Shown piece after piece: positions 18,489-28,442 of a stretch of DNA of 64,000 bases (the stretch's first letter is position 1; each line of letters begins with the position of its first letter). The stretch lies in NCBI GenBank assembly GCA_965213925.1, contig OZ243927.1, positions 2,464,001 to 2,528,000 on the forward strand, read 5' to 3'. This stretch comes from Trueperaceae bacterium. GTDB taxonomy: Bacteria; Deinococcota; Deinococci; Deinococcales; Trueperaceae. Made by a program: the position numbers and the translations under genes. Under the pieces are notes generated by a model. The model had not been told where the DNA came from and made no database searches. It saw only the letters and a program-made list of their open reading frames with translations.

Positions 18489-19270
18489 TACGTTAAGGGC
18501 GGCACGTAGCGCCCGTCTACCGCCGTCCAGCCGCCGTCTACGAAGAGGAGCGTGCCGGTGACAAAAGACGCCGCCTCGCTCGCTAGGAAGACCACCGCGC
18601 CCACCATCTCGCTAGGTTGTGCCCAACGTCCCAACGCGCCTTTTTGCGCGTAGGCGTCGTACCATTCAGGCTGCGCCTTGATGGGCTCAGTTAGAGGCGT
18701 CTCCACCACGCCCGGCGCGATAGCGTTGACGCGCACGCCTTGGGGTCCAAGTTCGGCGGCTAAAGTCTTAACCATCTGCACGGTGCCCGCTTTCGTCGCG
18801 GCGTAGATGCTCTGCCCCGGCTCCACGACGTGCGAGCGGATGGACGAGAAGAGGATGATGCTGCCGCTTCTCTGCGCTGCCATCTTTTTCCCTGCCTCTT
18901 GCATGGCGAAGAAGCTGCCTTTGAGGTTTAAGCTCACGACTTTGTCGAAGTCGGACTCGGTGACCTCGAGCAGCCTCTTCCTCACGTTCACCGAAGGCGT
19001 ACAGATGAGCACGTCTAGTGTGTTAAATTCAGTGAAGAGGTCTCGGACGCTGCTTTGCTCGGTGAGGTTGACGGAGAACGCTTTCGCTTCGCCACCCGCG
19101 TCATGAATCTTCTCCGCTGTACTTCTTGCTTTCTCCTCATCAAGGTCAGCACAAATAATCTCCGCGCCGAACGCCCCCAACCCTTGCGCCGCCGCCGCGC
19201 CGATGCCCGAGCCCGCGCCGATGACGAGCGCACGCTTGCCGCTCAAGTCGAAGAGGTCCGCGTAGTTCAC
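18488..19270 (-). CDS. SDR family oxidoreductase
   Basis: GTG 19270; GAGSGIG, YAATK, VNAIAPG, VDGG. Confidence 0.92.
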   Translation of the reverse strand: MNYADLFDLSGKRALVIGAGSGIGAAAAQGLGAFGAEIICADLDEEKARSTAEKIHDAGGEAKAFSVNLTEQSSVRDLFTEFNTLDVLICTPSVNVRKRLLEVTESDFDKVVSLNLKGSFFAMQEAGKKMAAQRSGSIILFSSIRSHVVEPGQSIYAATKAGTVQMVKTLAAELGPQGVRVNAIAPGVVETPLTEPIKAQPEWYDAYAQKGALGRWAQPSEMVGAVVFLASEAASFVTGTLLFVDGGWTAVDGRYVPPLT

Positions 19271-21093
19271 CCCGCGTACTTGTCCACCAACGCTTCGTAC
19301 TGCGCCACGCGCGCCTCGGCAAGCTGCAAGCTGCCCCGCCAAAAGTCTGCGCTTTCGATGTCGATGCCGAAGCCCTTAGCTAAGGGCGCGGCGTCCGCCA
19401 TGCCGGTGCTCGCCAAGAGTTCGTTATAGCGCGCGTGCCAGTTAGAGGGGTTGTCTCTGTACTGCGCGTAGAGCCCTAAACCGAAGAGGTAGCCGAAGGT
19501 ATAGGGGAAGTTATAGAAGCTCAGCCCGGTGCTGTAGTAGTGCCCTTTGTTCGCCCAAGCGAGCGGGTGGCGGGCGTTTTCGGCTAAGGCGTCGCCGTAG
19601 GTCGCGGCTTGCGCGTCCAGCATGATGCCTTTGAATTCATCAATGGAAAGCTCGCGCTCTTTGCGTTTCTCAAAGACGGTGCTCTCGAAGAGGAACCTCG
19701 AGTGAATATCGACGACGAGACCCACCGCGCCCAAGAGGTCTTGCTCTAAGATCGCCAGCGTTTGCGCCTCGTCCGCCCCTTCCAACATCGCGTTGGTGAC
19801 GATCGTCTCGCAGAAGATGCTGGCGGTTTCCGCTAGCGTCATCGGCATCCCGAACTGCATGGCGGTGCGCCGGTGCGCGTAAAGCTGCTCGTTGTGGTAG
19901 GCGTGACCGAGTTCGTGGGCGAGCGTGAAGATGTCGTCGAGCTGCGCGCCAAAATTTAGCATGATGCGCGACTCTTGGGGACCTAAAATCGGCATACAGA
20001 AGCCGCCGTTGCGCTTGCCTTTGCGCGGCGGCACGTCGATCCAACCTTCATCAAAGGTTCGGCGGGCGAAGCTGGCGAGCTCGCCGCTGTAACGCCCGAA
20101 GTTCTCCTCAACGAAGGTTTGCGCCTCGTTCCAGGTATAGGTGCGCGGCTCGCCGATGCTCACGGGCGCTTTGAGGTCATACCAGGCGAGGGCGTCCTTG
20201 CCTAAAAATTTGGCTTTAGCTTTGAGGTAGCGCCGAAAGGTGGGGAAAGACGCTTCGCAGGCGCGTTGCATCGCCGCTAAGCTCTCGCGCGAAATCGCAT
20301 TCTGAAAGAGCGCCACGTCCAACGCGCTCGCCCAGCCGCGCCGCTCGCTGAGCGCGTTGACGTGCCCTTTAATCGCGTTCATCGCCGCCGCGAACGAGAC
20401 CGTGTCGCGCTCCAAAAGCTCTAGCTCGGCTTCGTACGCGGCGCGGCGCAGCTCGGGGTCCGGCTCGGCTTGCAAGATTTTGAGTTCGCTGAGCGGGTAC
20501 TCCGCTTCGTCTCGTCCGGGCAGCGTTTTCGTGATGGTGTGGCGGCTGATGAGGTCGTTATGGAGCTTGCCCCACGCGCCGCCGCTCGTGGGTTCTAACG
20601 CTGACACGAGCGCCTCCACCTCGTCGCCCATGAGGTGTTTCGCCTCGAGCTGGCTCTGACGAATGGCGTGCGCGTGCGCCTGCGCGAGTTCTGAGGCGCG
20701 GATGAGCGCGTCGGCGTCGAAGGAACCGAGCCACGCGGTGAAGCGCTTTTCCAGAGCGCCCAACTTACTGCCCAGCGGCTTGAACGCCGAGGACTCCGCC
20801 TGGGCACGGTCATTGAAGGCGTCTGTAGAGGTGAAGCCGCTGAGGTAAGTGAGCACCGTATAGAACTGCGTGTAGAGGTCGTTCACTTGCGCGATGAGTT
20901 CGTCTAGGACGACTCTGGTCTCGTCATCGACCTGCGCGTCCTCGAGCGAACGCACCCCGTGCTCGTCCATGAAGTTCTCCAACGCCTCGAGCTTATTCTT
21001 GACTTCCGCTTTGGCGTTGGCGTATTCGGGGCTGTCCAGTTCGGGAAAGATGGACTCTAACTGCCAGTGGGGGAGGGATTGTGTTTGCGCCAT
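19267..21093 (-). CDS. pepF: M3 family oligoendopeptidase F
   Basis: TLAHELGHAYH, AETAS, FYNFPYTFG. Confidence 0.9.
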   Translation of the reverse strand: MAQTQSLPHWQLESIFPELDSPEYANAKAEVKNKLEALENFMDEHGVRSLEDAQVDDETRVVLDELIAQVNDLYTQFYTVLTYLSGFTSTDAFNDRAQAESSAFKPLGSKLGALEKRFTAWLGSFDADALIRASELAQAHAHAIRQSQLEAKHLMGDEVEALVSALEPTSGGAWGKLHNDLISRHTITKTLPGRDEAEYPLSELKILQAEPDPELRRAAYEAELELLERDTVSFAAAMNAIKGHVNALSERRGWASALDVALFQNAISRESLAAMQRACEASFPTFRRYLKAKAKFLGKDALAWYDLKAPVSIGEPRTYTWNEAQTFVEENFGRYSGELASFARRTFDEGWIDVPPRKGKRNGGFCMPILGPQESRIMLNFGAQLDDIFTLAHELGHAYHNEQLYAHRRTAMQFGMPMTLAETASIFCETIVTNAMLEGADEAQTLAILEQDLLGAVGLVVDIHSRFLFESTVFEKRKERELSIDEFKGIMLDAQAATYGDALAENARHPLAWANKGHYYSTGLSFYNFPYTFGYLFGLGLYAQYRDNPSNWHARYNELLASTGMADAAPLAKGFGIDIESADFWRGSLQLAEARVAQYEALVDKYAG

Positions 21094-21240
21094 AGGGTAC
21101 TCTACTACGCAGTTCTTTAAGACGCTCCGTTGTTTCAGGAGACGAAATTGCTAACGGGTAAAGGAGGCTCGAGGAAGGGGTAAGAAGAAAGGGGTGAGAA
21201 AAACTTCTGCGTTCTTGCTTCTTGCTTCCTACTTCTGCCC

Positions 21241-22083
21241 TTACACCAACCCTTGCGAGCGCAGCCAGAAAAAGAGCAGCGCTGCGCCGAGCACGTAGAG
21301 CGCGTAGCGCAAGCCGCGCCTGCTCGGGCGTCCTATACGTTCGTTCAGGCTCGAGAGCGTCCCCCGCGCCTCTTCCGCGTCCTGGCGGCGCTGCGCCTTC
21401 TGCGCGCGGCGAATCGAGCGGACGCTCCTGTCGATCTGCCCTTTGCGGCGGTACGCCACGCCTAAGTTATGGTGCGCGTTGGCGAAGCTTTCGTCTAGGC
21501 GCAGCGCCGCTTCGTAGGCGGTGATGGCGTCGTCCACGCGGTTTTCTTCCAAAGCGATATTGCCTAAGTTCGTCATCGCGCGGTAGTGCTTGGGGTCGTG
21601 CGCCAGCGCCTCTTCGAAAGAGACTTTAGCCTGCGCCAACTCGTTCATGAAGATATGCGCCGTGCCGCGCTGCGTTTCCACCTCGGCGCGTAGAAGGGGG
21701 GAGGTGACCTCTGCTAAACGCGCTAAAGCAGCGTCAGGGTCGTGCTGATCCAAACGTTTGCTCGAGCCCTCGAGCCCCGCTAAATCCTCCCTCAGCGCCG
21801 CCCAGTCCACGTGTTCGGCGACGCTCCGGGGCGGCGTCTCGAGGCGCGTCACGGCGCGTTTTGCTTTCGTCCATCCCTTAGCGCGCACGTGATAGCGCAC
21901 GTCGCTGAGCGCCCTAAGCGCGTCTAAAACCGCGTCGTCGAAGGGGTCCGCGTCTTGCTGGTAGCGGTGCAGCGCGCCCGCGCTGTCGCCCGTCTCGAGA
22001 AAAGCCTGCCAGGAGCGTTCGCTTACGGTCGGTTTGACCTGAACATCTGCTCGGTTATCTGCTTGGGTATCTGATCTTTCCAT
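21241..22083 (-). CDS. TPR-repeat protein with C-terminal TM anchor
   Basis: AMTNLGNIAL, AHHNLGVAY TPR motifs; terminal hydrophobic helix. Confidence 0.85.
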   Translation of the reverse strand: MERSDTQADNRADVQVKPTVSERSWQAFLETGDSAGALHRYQQDADPFDDAVLDALRALSDVRYHVRAKGWTKAKRAVTRLETPPRSVAEHVDWAALREDLAGLEGSSKRLDQHDPDAALARLAEVTSPLLRAEVETQRGTAHIFMNELAQAKVSFEEALAHDPKHYRAMTNLGNIALEENRVDDAITAYEAALRLDESFANAHHNLGVAYRRKGQIDRSVRSIRRAQKAQRRQDAEEARGTLSSLNERIGRPSRRGLRYALYVLGAALLFFWLRSQGLV

Positions 22084-22352
22084 CAGGTCCAGTATAGTGA
22101 GAAAAACCTCTTCGGCGCGTCCGCTACTCTTTACTCACCGACACTTCACCTCTTTAAGGTCATTCTTAGAGTTAGCTAGCCTAATCTGGTCTTACCCGAA
22201 GCTAGCGCGTTCGTCTTGACGTGGTCTCGAGCGGGCCCTCGGTAGGAGAGTAAAGCGGCGGATTCTCGCGCGCGAAAAGCGTATTGATTTACGTGCCTTC
22301 GCGCGGTGCGGGCGTATAATCGGTATCGTATGGTGGTACCCATGGAGGAACT

Positions 22353-23705
22353 ATGAAACGTAGATGGCTAACCCTTATGCTCGCGGCGCTGAGCATCTCA
22401 GTTTTGGTGAGCGCGCAATTTTCCAGGGATTTTTCCGAAGACTTCTTGGAAAATTCGGCGGGTCGCGCGTTTTTGCAGGCGTACGGCGCGATCAAGTCGA
22501 ACTACCTCAACGATGTCGAGGACGAAGCGCTCATCCAAGGCGCGATCGAGGGGATGTTGGAGTCACTCGAAGACCCCTACACGAGCTACGCCACGCCCGA
22601 CCAAGCCGCCAGAGAGGTTCAAGACCGTAGTGGCTCGTTCCAGGGCATCGGCGCGGTGCTCCAGCCGCGTAACCGCGCGGACAACACCGTGGTCGAGATC
22701 GTCAACGTCTATCGGGGCGGTCCCGCCTCGCAAGCGGGCGTGCTGCGCGGCGACGTGTTCGTCACCGTAGACGGCACCAACGTCGAGGACTTCACCACCG
22801 ACGAGATCGTCGACTTGGTGCGCGGACCCGCCGGCACGGGAGTGTCCATCGGTTTCCGCCGCGCCGGGGAAGAGGAGCCCGTCGTCCTCGACATGGTGCG
22901 GGGCAAGATCGACATCATCAGCGTCGAGTCGACGGTGCTGCCCGAGAACGTCGGCTACGTCAGCATCAACACGTTTGCTAACCAGCGCGTGTACGACCAG
23001 CTCGCCGACCAGCTCGACGCGCTCCGAACGCAGGGCATCACCTCGCTGGTGCTCGATTTGCGCAACAACGGCGGCGGTCTTTTGGACCAAGGTATCCGCG
23101 TCGCGGACGAGTTCTTGAGCGAAGGCGATATCGTTTACCAGCGCGCGCGCGGCGTCACCCAGCGCCTCGCCACAGCCGACCCCGAGTTCTTCGACCTGCC
23201 GATGGTGGTTTTAGTCAACGGTAACTCCGCCTCGGCATCTGAAATCGTCGCGGGTGCGCTCCAGGACAACGGACGGGCGCAGGTCATCGGCGAAGAGACC
23301 TTCGGCAAAGGCGTCGGACAGAGCGTCGTGTCCTTGACGGACGGCGGGCAGCTCGTCTACAAGTCGTTCGAGTGGCTCACGCCCGACAGACGCTCCATCG
23401 ACCAGCAAGGCATCGAACCCGACATCCGCGCCGAGGATACCCGCATTCCCAACGTCATCACGTTAGAAGGTCAGGGCGCTGAGCCCGGTCAAGAGGTCGA
23501 AATCTCGGTCGGCGGCGAAGTCATCGGCTCAGCGCAAGCGGACGAAGACGGCGCGTTTACCTTTTTCCAGCCCGTCGCGCGCCCAGAAATGAGCGACGTA
23601 CAAGGGGAAGCGCTCGTCAATTTAGACGGCGACAACGCGCTGCAAATCGCTTACGATACGGTGCTAGAAGTGGCGGCGCAGGCGCAGAGCGTAACGTCTC
23701 AGTAA
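22353..23705 (+). CDS. ctpA: S41 carboxyl-terminal processing protease with PDZ domain
   Basis: LDLRNNGGG, SASASEI, TFGKG; TATAAT at 22315 and GGAGG RBS. Confidence 0.93.
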   Translation: MKRRWLTLMLAALSISVLVSAQFSRDFSEDFLENSAGRAFLQAYGAIKSNYLNDVEDEALIQGAIEGMLESLEDPYTSYATPDQAAREVQDRSGSFQGIGAVLQPRNRADNTVVEIVNVYRGGPASQAGVLRGDVFVTVDGTNVEDFTTDEIVDLVRGPAGTGVSIGFRRAGEEEPVVLDMVRGKIDIISVESTVLPENVGYVSINTFANQRVYDQLADQLDALRTQGITSLVLDLRNNGGGLLDQGIRVADEFLSEGDIVYQRARGVTQRLATADPEFFDLPMVVLVNGNSASASEIVAGALQDNGRAQVIGEETFGKGVGQSVVSLTDGGQLVYKSFEWLTPDRRSIDQQGIEPDIRAEDTRIPNVITLEGQGAEPGQEVEISVGGEVIGSAQADEDGAFTFFQPVARPEMSDVQGEALVNLDGDNALQIAYDTVLEVAAQAQSVTSQ

Positions 23706-23724
23706 GAAATAAGTCGCAAAAACT

Positions 23725-23754
23725 TTAGACCTCTCGCTTTCGCGGGAGGTCTAA
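23725..23754 (+). terminator. Hairpin after ctpA
   Basis: TTAGACCTCTCGC-TTTC-GCGGGAGGTCTAA. Confidence 0.65.
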
Positions 23755-23782
23755 TTCATGCACTGTCAGCTAGATTCTACTA

Positions 23783-24020
23783 AGTACAACGTTAAGAAAG
23801 AAATGAGTGATGTCATTCTGAGCCCTACAGCGAGCTATAGGATAGACTCCACAAAGCGGAGTCGAAGAATCTCTGCATTTGCTTTCTCCTCTGACAGAGA
23901 AGGAAAGTTACAGAGTTTTGGCATAGCCAACCGAGACCCTCACGCCTTCGCCAGACTTCGTCGTACTGCGTGAACAGGGTGACATGTTAATAAGTAGCAA
24001 TACTTCGTTTACAGTGTACT
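23783..24020. mobile_element. MITE-like element (AGTACA...TGTACT ends) enclosing a TGTCAT...TGACA repeat
   Basis: AGTACAACGTTAA versus reverse-complemented end AGTACACTGTAAA; internal ~23810-23986 repeat shared with 53575-53700. Confidence 0.5.
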
Positions 24021-24067
24021 AAGTACCAGAATTAGCTTTAATGACTCCTTGACGTAAGTAACGCCCC

Positions 24068-24156
24068 TCCGTAGGGGTGGGTTTCAAACCCGCCCCTACC
24101 ACGCCGAAACGTTCTCTATCATCCCTAAGCAGCACCGAGATTCGTTGAGAGCTTCT
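24068..24156. repeat. GTAG-family REP plus ~60 bp flank, an inverted copy of 7866-7958
   Basis: GTAGGGGTGGGTTTCAAACCCGCCCCTAC followed by CACGCCGAAACGTTCTCT, the reverse complement of AGAGAACGTTTCGGCGTG-GTAGGGGCGGGTTTCAAACCC. Confidence 0.8.
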
Positions 24157-24158
24157 GT

Positions 24159-24196
24159 TTGACGCAAGTACGCACAAGTACTTGCGTCAATTTTTT
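24159..24196. terminator. 13-bp perfect stem hairpin with T-tract
   Basis: TTGACGCAAGTAC-GCACAA-GTACTTGCGTCAA-TTTTTT. Confidence 0.55.
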
Positions 24197-24259
24197 ACTT
24201 GTTACCCCGTGTACGAGCGGCGGCGAGTCCGTCAACGCCGCCGCTCGCGTACAGAAGTG

Positions 24260-25189
24260 TTACTGCAAAAAGCCGTTTTCCTCTAAGTAGCTCTGCGCGA
24301 CCGCTTGGGGGTTTTCACCGTCTACCGCGACGCGGGCGTTTAGCTCCTGCATCGTCTCGTCGTTCAGCGAGTTGAAAATGGGGTTGATGATGTCGGGGAT
24401 GTTCGCGTAAGTCTCGAGCACGCCGCACTGAAAGACGGGCGTCGGTTGAAAGACCGGTTGCGCCCCTTCGGGGTCCTCTAACACGCGGAAGTTATACGCC
24501 ATAAGCGCGCCGTCGGTCGCAAACGCCATCGCCACGTTGACGTTGTTGGCACCTTCGGCTAAAGCTTGCTCAGTCTGCGCCGGCGTGCCGCCAGCGATAA
24601 TCAAGAGTTCGTCTTCGGTGAGGTCGAAGCCGTAGGTGTTCTCGAACGCCAGGAGACCATCTTCGCGCTGCGCGAACTCGTCACCGACCGCCATCATCAC
24701 CTGCCCGTCATTACTGACATACTCGGCAAAGTCGCTCATAGACGTTAAGCTATTCTCCTCGGCAAATTCCTGCGTGACCGCAAAAGCGTAGGTGTTATTC
24801 GCGGGCGCGGGTTGGAGCCAGCAGAGGTTGTTGTTCTCCTGGTCGAATTCGCTCACAAGCTGGTACGACTGATCAGCGTCGGTCGAGGCACCTTCGGGCA
24901 CGTCGACGCCTGCGTTGGCGAGAAAGTTAGAGAGGGCGGTGCCGGTATACTCCGGGTAAACGTCGATTTCACCGTTGACCAGAGCGGCGCGGTTCACGTC
25001 CGTCGAGCCTAAAGGCGTCTGGTCGGAGGTGGGGATGCCCGCGTTCTCCAGAGCGGTAAGGATGAGTTTGGCGAGCACGATGCTCTCGGTGAACTGTTTG
25101 GAGCCGACGCGCACCGGGTCTTGAGCGAACGCGAGACCGCTAGCGAGCAGCAAAGACGAGGTCGCGAGGGCGATGAGTAGCTTTTTCAT
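24260..25189 (-). CDS. Glycine betaine/osmoprotectant ABC substrate-binding protein (OsmF/OpuAC family)
   Basis: VGSKQFTES, IDVYPEYTGT, NNTYAFAV, MQELNARV. Confidence 0.92.
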   Translation of the reverse strand: MKKLLIALATSSLLLASGLAFAQDPVRVGSKQFTESIVLAKLILTALENAGIPTSDQTPLGSTDVNRAALVNGEIDVYPEYTGTALSNFLANAGVDVPEGASTDADQSYQLVSEFDQENNNLCWLQPAPANNTYAFAVTQEFAEENSLTSMSDFAEYVSNDGQVMMAVGDEFAQREDGLLAFENTYGFDLTEDELLIIAGGTPAQTEQALAEGANNVNVAMAFATDGALMAYNFRVLEDPEGAQPVFQPTPVFQCGVLETYANIPDIINPIFNSLNDETMQELNARVAVDGENPQAVAQSYLEENGFLQ

Positions 25190-25382
25190 TGTTGCCTCCT
25201 AGGGGACCAGTATAGCGTATCCCGCTCCCGACCTCTCAACTCGGATGCGGGTAGACCTAAAATTACGCCACAGGGCGCAACGCCGAGCCAGACGACTTCT
25301 GGGACTTCGCGACACATCGCTCTAAAGAACTGCTCCGCCGACGTCTCAAAATACGCGCGAGTGTGGTACACCTTTATCCTCT

Positions 25383-26702
25383 ATGAACCTCTTCCGCAAA
25401 CATGACCGCGCCATCTTCGCCCTGGCCTTCCCCGCCCTGGGCGCACTCGCCGCTGACCCCGTCGTTTCTTTAGTAGACACCGCCTTCGTCGGACGACTCG
25501 GCGCAGTCCCTTTAGCCGCGCTGGGCGTCAACATCTCGGTCTTCTCGCTCGCGTTTGTGGTCTTTAACTTCCTCGCTTACGGCACCACCCCGATGATCGG
25601 ACGCGCCGTCGGCAGGGGAGACCGAGCGGGGGCGGGGCGCGTGGTGACGCAAGCGTTCACGTTGGCGCTTATCGTAGGTGTGGTAGCGCTCATTCTGCTA
25701 CAAGCTTTCGCCACGCCGATTCTCGCGCTCATGGGCGCGGACGAGGCGCTGCGGGAGCCTGCGCTGGTCTATCTGCGCATCCGCGCGCTGGCGGGTCCGG
25801 CGCTGCTGCTCATCACGGCGGGCAATGGGGCGTTTCGGGGCTATCAGGATACGCGGACGCCCTTCGTGATTACGCTCTGGTTGAACCTTATCAACCTCGT
25901 GCTCGACCCCTTATTCATCTTTGGCTTCGGCTGGGGTTTGGCGGGGGCGGCGTGGGCGACGACCCTTGCGCAGTGGGTGGGGGCGTTCTGGTTCGTGTGG
26001 CTCTTGCTCGTTAAGAGGCGGGAGGAACTCCACATACCTCTTGTTCTACCCAACCTCACCGAACTCCGCCCTTTTCTGCGCATCGGCTGGGAACTCGCGG
26101 TGCGCACCTTTGCGCTCATCGGCACGCTGACCTTGGCGACGGCAGTAGCAACTCGAGTCGGTGTGTTAGAGGTCGCTGCGCACCAAGTCGCTGCGCAGCT
26201 CTGGCTCTTTTTGGCGCTCGTCGTGGACGCGCTGGCGATTGCGGCGCAAGCTTTAGTTGCAAAGTATTTGGGAGAGAACGACGCAGTTTCAGCGAGGGAG
26301 GTTTCCAACCGTTTACTCGTGTGGGGTTTAGGCGTCGGCGTGGTTCTCGGCGTCGGCTTCGCGCTGCTCGCGCCTTATCTGCCGCGCCTCTTTACAGGTG
26401 ACGAAGAGGTCGTCGCGCTCGTGCTTGCGGTTTTTCCTTTCGTCGTCTTTACGCAACCTTTGAACGCGCTCGTTTTCGTGTGGGACGGCATCTTTATGGG
26501 CGCAGAGGATTTCGCGTATCTCGCTAAAGCGATGGTCATTTCAGCGTTTGCAGCGGTAGTGGTCTTACTTCTCGTCGTGCCTCTTGGCTTAGGTTTGGCG
26601 GGCGTCTGGTGGGGCGTCGTCGCGCTCATGGGCGTGCGGGCAGTGACGTTAGCGGTGCGTTACTTCGGCGCGGGTGGGATGTTCGAAGAGGCATTAGAGT
26701 AA
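25383..26702 (+). CDS. MATE family efflux transporter (DinF-like)
   Basis: LVDTAFVGRLG, GYQDTRTP, NLVLDPLFIF, AAHQVA. Confidence 0.93.
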   Translation: MNLFRKHDRAIFALAFPALGALAADPVVSLVDTAFVGRLGAVPLAALGVNISVFSLAFVVFNFLAYGTTPMIGRAVGRGDRAGAGRVVTQAFTLALIVGVVALILLQAFATPILALMGADEALREPALVYLRIRALAGPALLLITAGNGAFRGYQDTRTPFVITLWLNLINLVLDPLFIFGFGWGLAGAAWATTLAQWVGAFWFVWLLLVKRREELHIPLVLPNLTELRPFLRIGWELAVRTFALIGTLTLATAVATRVGVLEVAAHQVAAQLWLFLALVVDALAIAAQALVAKYLGENDAVSAREVSNRLLVWGLGVGVVLGVGFALLAPYLPRLFTGDEEVVALVLAVFPFVVFTQPLNALVFVWDGIFMGAEDFAYLAKAMVISAFAAVVVLLLVVPLGLGLAGVWWGVVALMGVRAVTLAVRYFGAGGMFEEALE

Positions 26703-26706
26703 AGCT

Positions 26707-27126
26707 ATGGCAGACCTCATCACTTGTCCGAATTGCAACGCAAAAAACCGGCTCAGCACGCCACCTGAAGGGCAACTCCCCGTTTGCGGGCGGTGTGCTC
26801 AGACCTTACCCTGGCTTGTGAGCACCTCAGACGCCTCGTTTAGAGAGGCGCTGAACGCACCCGTGCCCGTGCTCGTGGATTTCTGGGCTCCCTGGTGCGG
26901 ACCGTGCCGGATGGTCGCGCCTGTTCTGGAAGACCTCTCCAAAGCGCACCGGGGTAAACTCAAAGTCGCCAAGCTCAATATCGACGAGAACCCCGTCACG
27001 CAGAGCGCGTACCGGGTGCAGAGCATTCCGACCTTGATGCTTTTCAAGGGCGGGCAACCTGTCGAGACGATGGTGGGGGCGCTGCCCAAGAGGGCGCTGG
27101 AGAGCAAGCTCGAGCCGTACCTATAA
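26707..27126 (+). CDS. trxC: Thioredoxin 2 with N-terminal zinc finger
   Basis: CPNC...CGRC plus WCGPC. Confidence 0.9.
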   Translation: MADLITCPNCNAKNRLSTPPEGQLPVCGRCAQTLPWLVSTSDASFREALNAPVPVLVDFWAPWCGPCRMVAPVLEDLSKAHRGKLKVAKLNIDENPVTQSAYRVQSIPTLMLFKGGQPVETMVGALPKRALESKLEPYL

Positions 27127-27127
27127 G

Positions 27128-27180
27128 GAGCCGTTAGCGCTTAGTACACGCTTTTTAGCTAAACGCTAACGGCTAAAAGC
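27128..27180. repeat. Heptamer hairpin repeat (CGTTAGC/GCTAACG family)
   Basis: agccgttagcgcttag...gctaaacgctaacggctaaaagc; same family as 14430-14485. Confidence 0.7.
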
Positions 27181-27300
27181 CCTCCACTCGAGACCGCCTC
27201 AAAAACGATATGGGGTGTTGCGGAGCGCGCATAAAAGCCAAGCACTTCACATCAAGCCTAGCCCCTTGTTCCTCCTCTTGAAATCTCGTACTCTCGAGCT

Positions 27301-28170
27301 ATGGACAGTGAACGCACCGCAGAAATCCCCCATCCTATAGAAGATGAGCGCGAAGAGAACCCCTACCTCATCCCCGATCCCAACCGCATCTACGCGAACG
27401 ACCAAAAGTGGCAGATCGCGGCGGACATGCTGGAGCGCTACACGGGCACCGCGCCTGGCGACTTTCAAAAGCAGATTATTCTGACCAACTTCGGCTACTA
27501 CATGGAACGCTTCCGCTCGCTCTGCGGCGACTCGGAGACGCACGGCTCGGCGATGAGCGTGGTGCATAGCGAGAAGATGGGCGTCTCCATCGTCAACTTT
27601 TCCATCGGCTCGCCCAACGCCGCCATCATCATCGAAACGCTGGCGACCGCCGACCCCAAAGCGGTGCTCTTCTTAGGCATTACGGGTGGGCTCCACCGTT
27701 CGCTGGAAGTCGGTGACTTTATCGTGCCGACGGCGGCGATTCGCGACGAGGGCGCGTCGAAGCACTTCATGCCGCCGCGCGTACCCGCGCTGCCGACCTT
27801 TAAGGTGCAGAAGTTCGTCTCGCAAATCATTATGGAGAAGGGCTACGACTACCGCACGGGCGTCGTGCACACTACGGACTACCGCTTTTGGGAGTTTGAC
27901 GAGAAGTTCAAAGCGGAACTTTACGAGGAGCGGGCCTTAGCGATCGATATGGAAACGGCGACGCTTTTTGTCGGCGGCTTCGCGAGCAAAGTGCCCATTG
28001 GGGCGCTTTTACTCGTCTCGGATTTGCCGCTCAAAAAGGGTGGCATCAAAACCAAAGCGTCGGCGAAAGAGGTCTTTAGCAAGTTTACCGATATCCACCT
28101 AGATATCGGCATCGAGTCGATGAGCGAGATTGCGATGCGCGGGGAGCAGATTCGGCACTACCGCTGGTAG
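27301..28170 (+). CDS. amn: AMP nucleosidase (short type)
   Basis: ILTNF, IGSPNAA, AAIRDEGAS, IDMETATLF, LLLVSDLP. Confidence 0.85.
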   Translation: MDSERTAEIPHPIEDEREENPYLIPDPNRIYANDQKWQIAADMLERYTGTAPGDFQKQIILTNFGYYMERFRSLCGDSETHGSAMSVVHSEKMGVSIVNFSIGSPNAAIIIETLATADPKAVLFLGITGGLHRSLEVGDFIVPTAAIRDEGASKHFMPPRVPALPTFKVQKFVSQIIMEKGYDYRTGVVHTTDYRFWEFDEKFKAELYEERALAIDMETATLFVGGFASKVPIGALLLVSDLPLKKGGIKTKASAKEVFSKFTDIHLDIGIESMSEIAMRGEQIRHYRW

Positions 28171-28226
28171 AGGCTTTGGCGCTGGTGAGGGATTGGGCGC
28201 TGGTAAGAGATTGGGCGCTGGCGAGG
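28161..28226 (+). repeat. 18-bp tandem repeat, ~3.5 degenerate copies
   Basis: ccgctggtagaggctttg / gcgctggtgagggattgg / gcgctggtaagagattgg / gcgctggcgagg. Confidence 0.75.
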
Positions 28227-28442
28227 CCTCGGTTCAAGAAAAGCGAAGCGGTTTAATGAAAGCGAATCGTAACCTGAAATGCAAAGTATCTCACATTATC
28301 CCTTTAGCCTGAGAATGAATCAAAGTCTATGGGGGTAGTTTTTTGGCGTGTAGTTCAGGGTCTAGGTAACTAGCGCCCGAGTACGTTTTGATTCAATCTA
28401 TCTTCCCCTAGCTTTGAGCCACGTTTTGAAAGGGGCAATTCT

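Noticed and set aside
23758..23973. Small ORFs over intergenic repeats (also 7763-8041, 7951-8184, 15475-15726, 43946-44173)
   Set aside because: They coincide with MITE/REP sequence, the SRP RNA or promoter DNA and show no protein features
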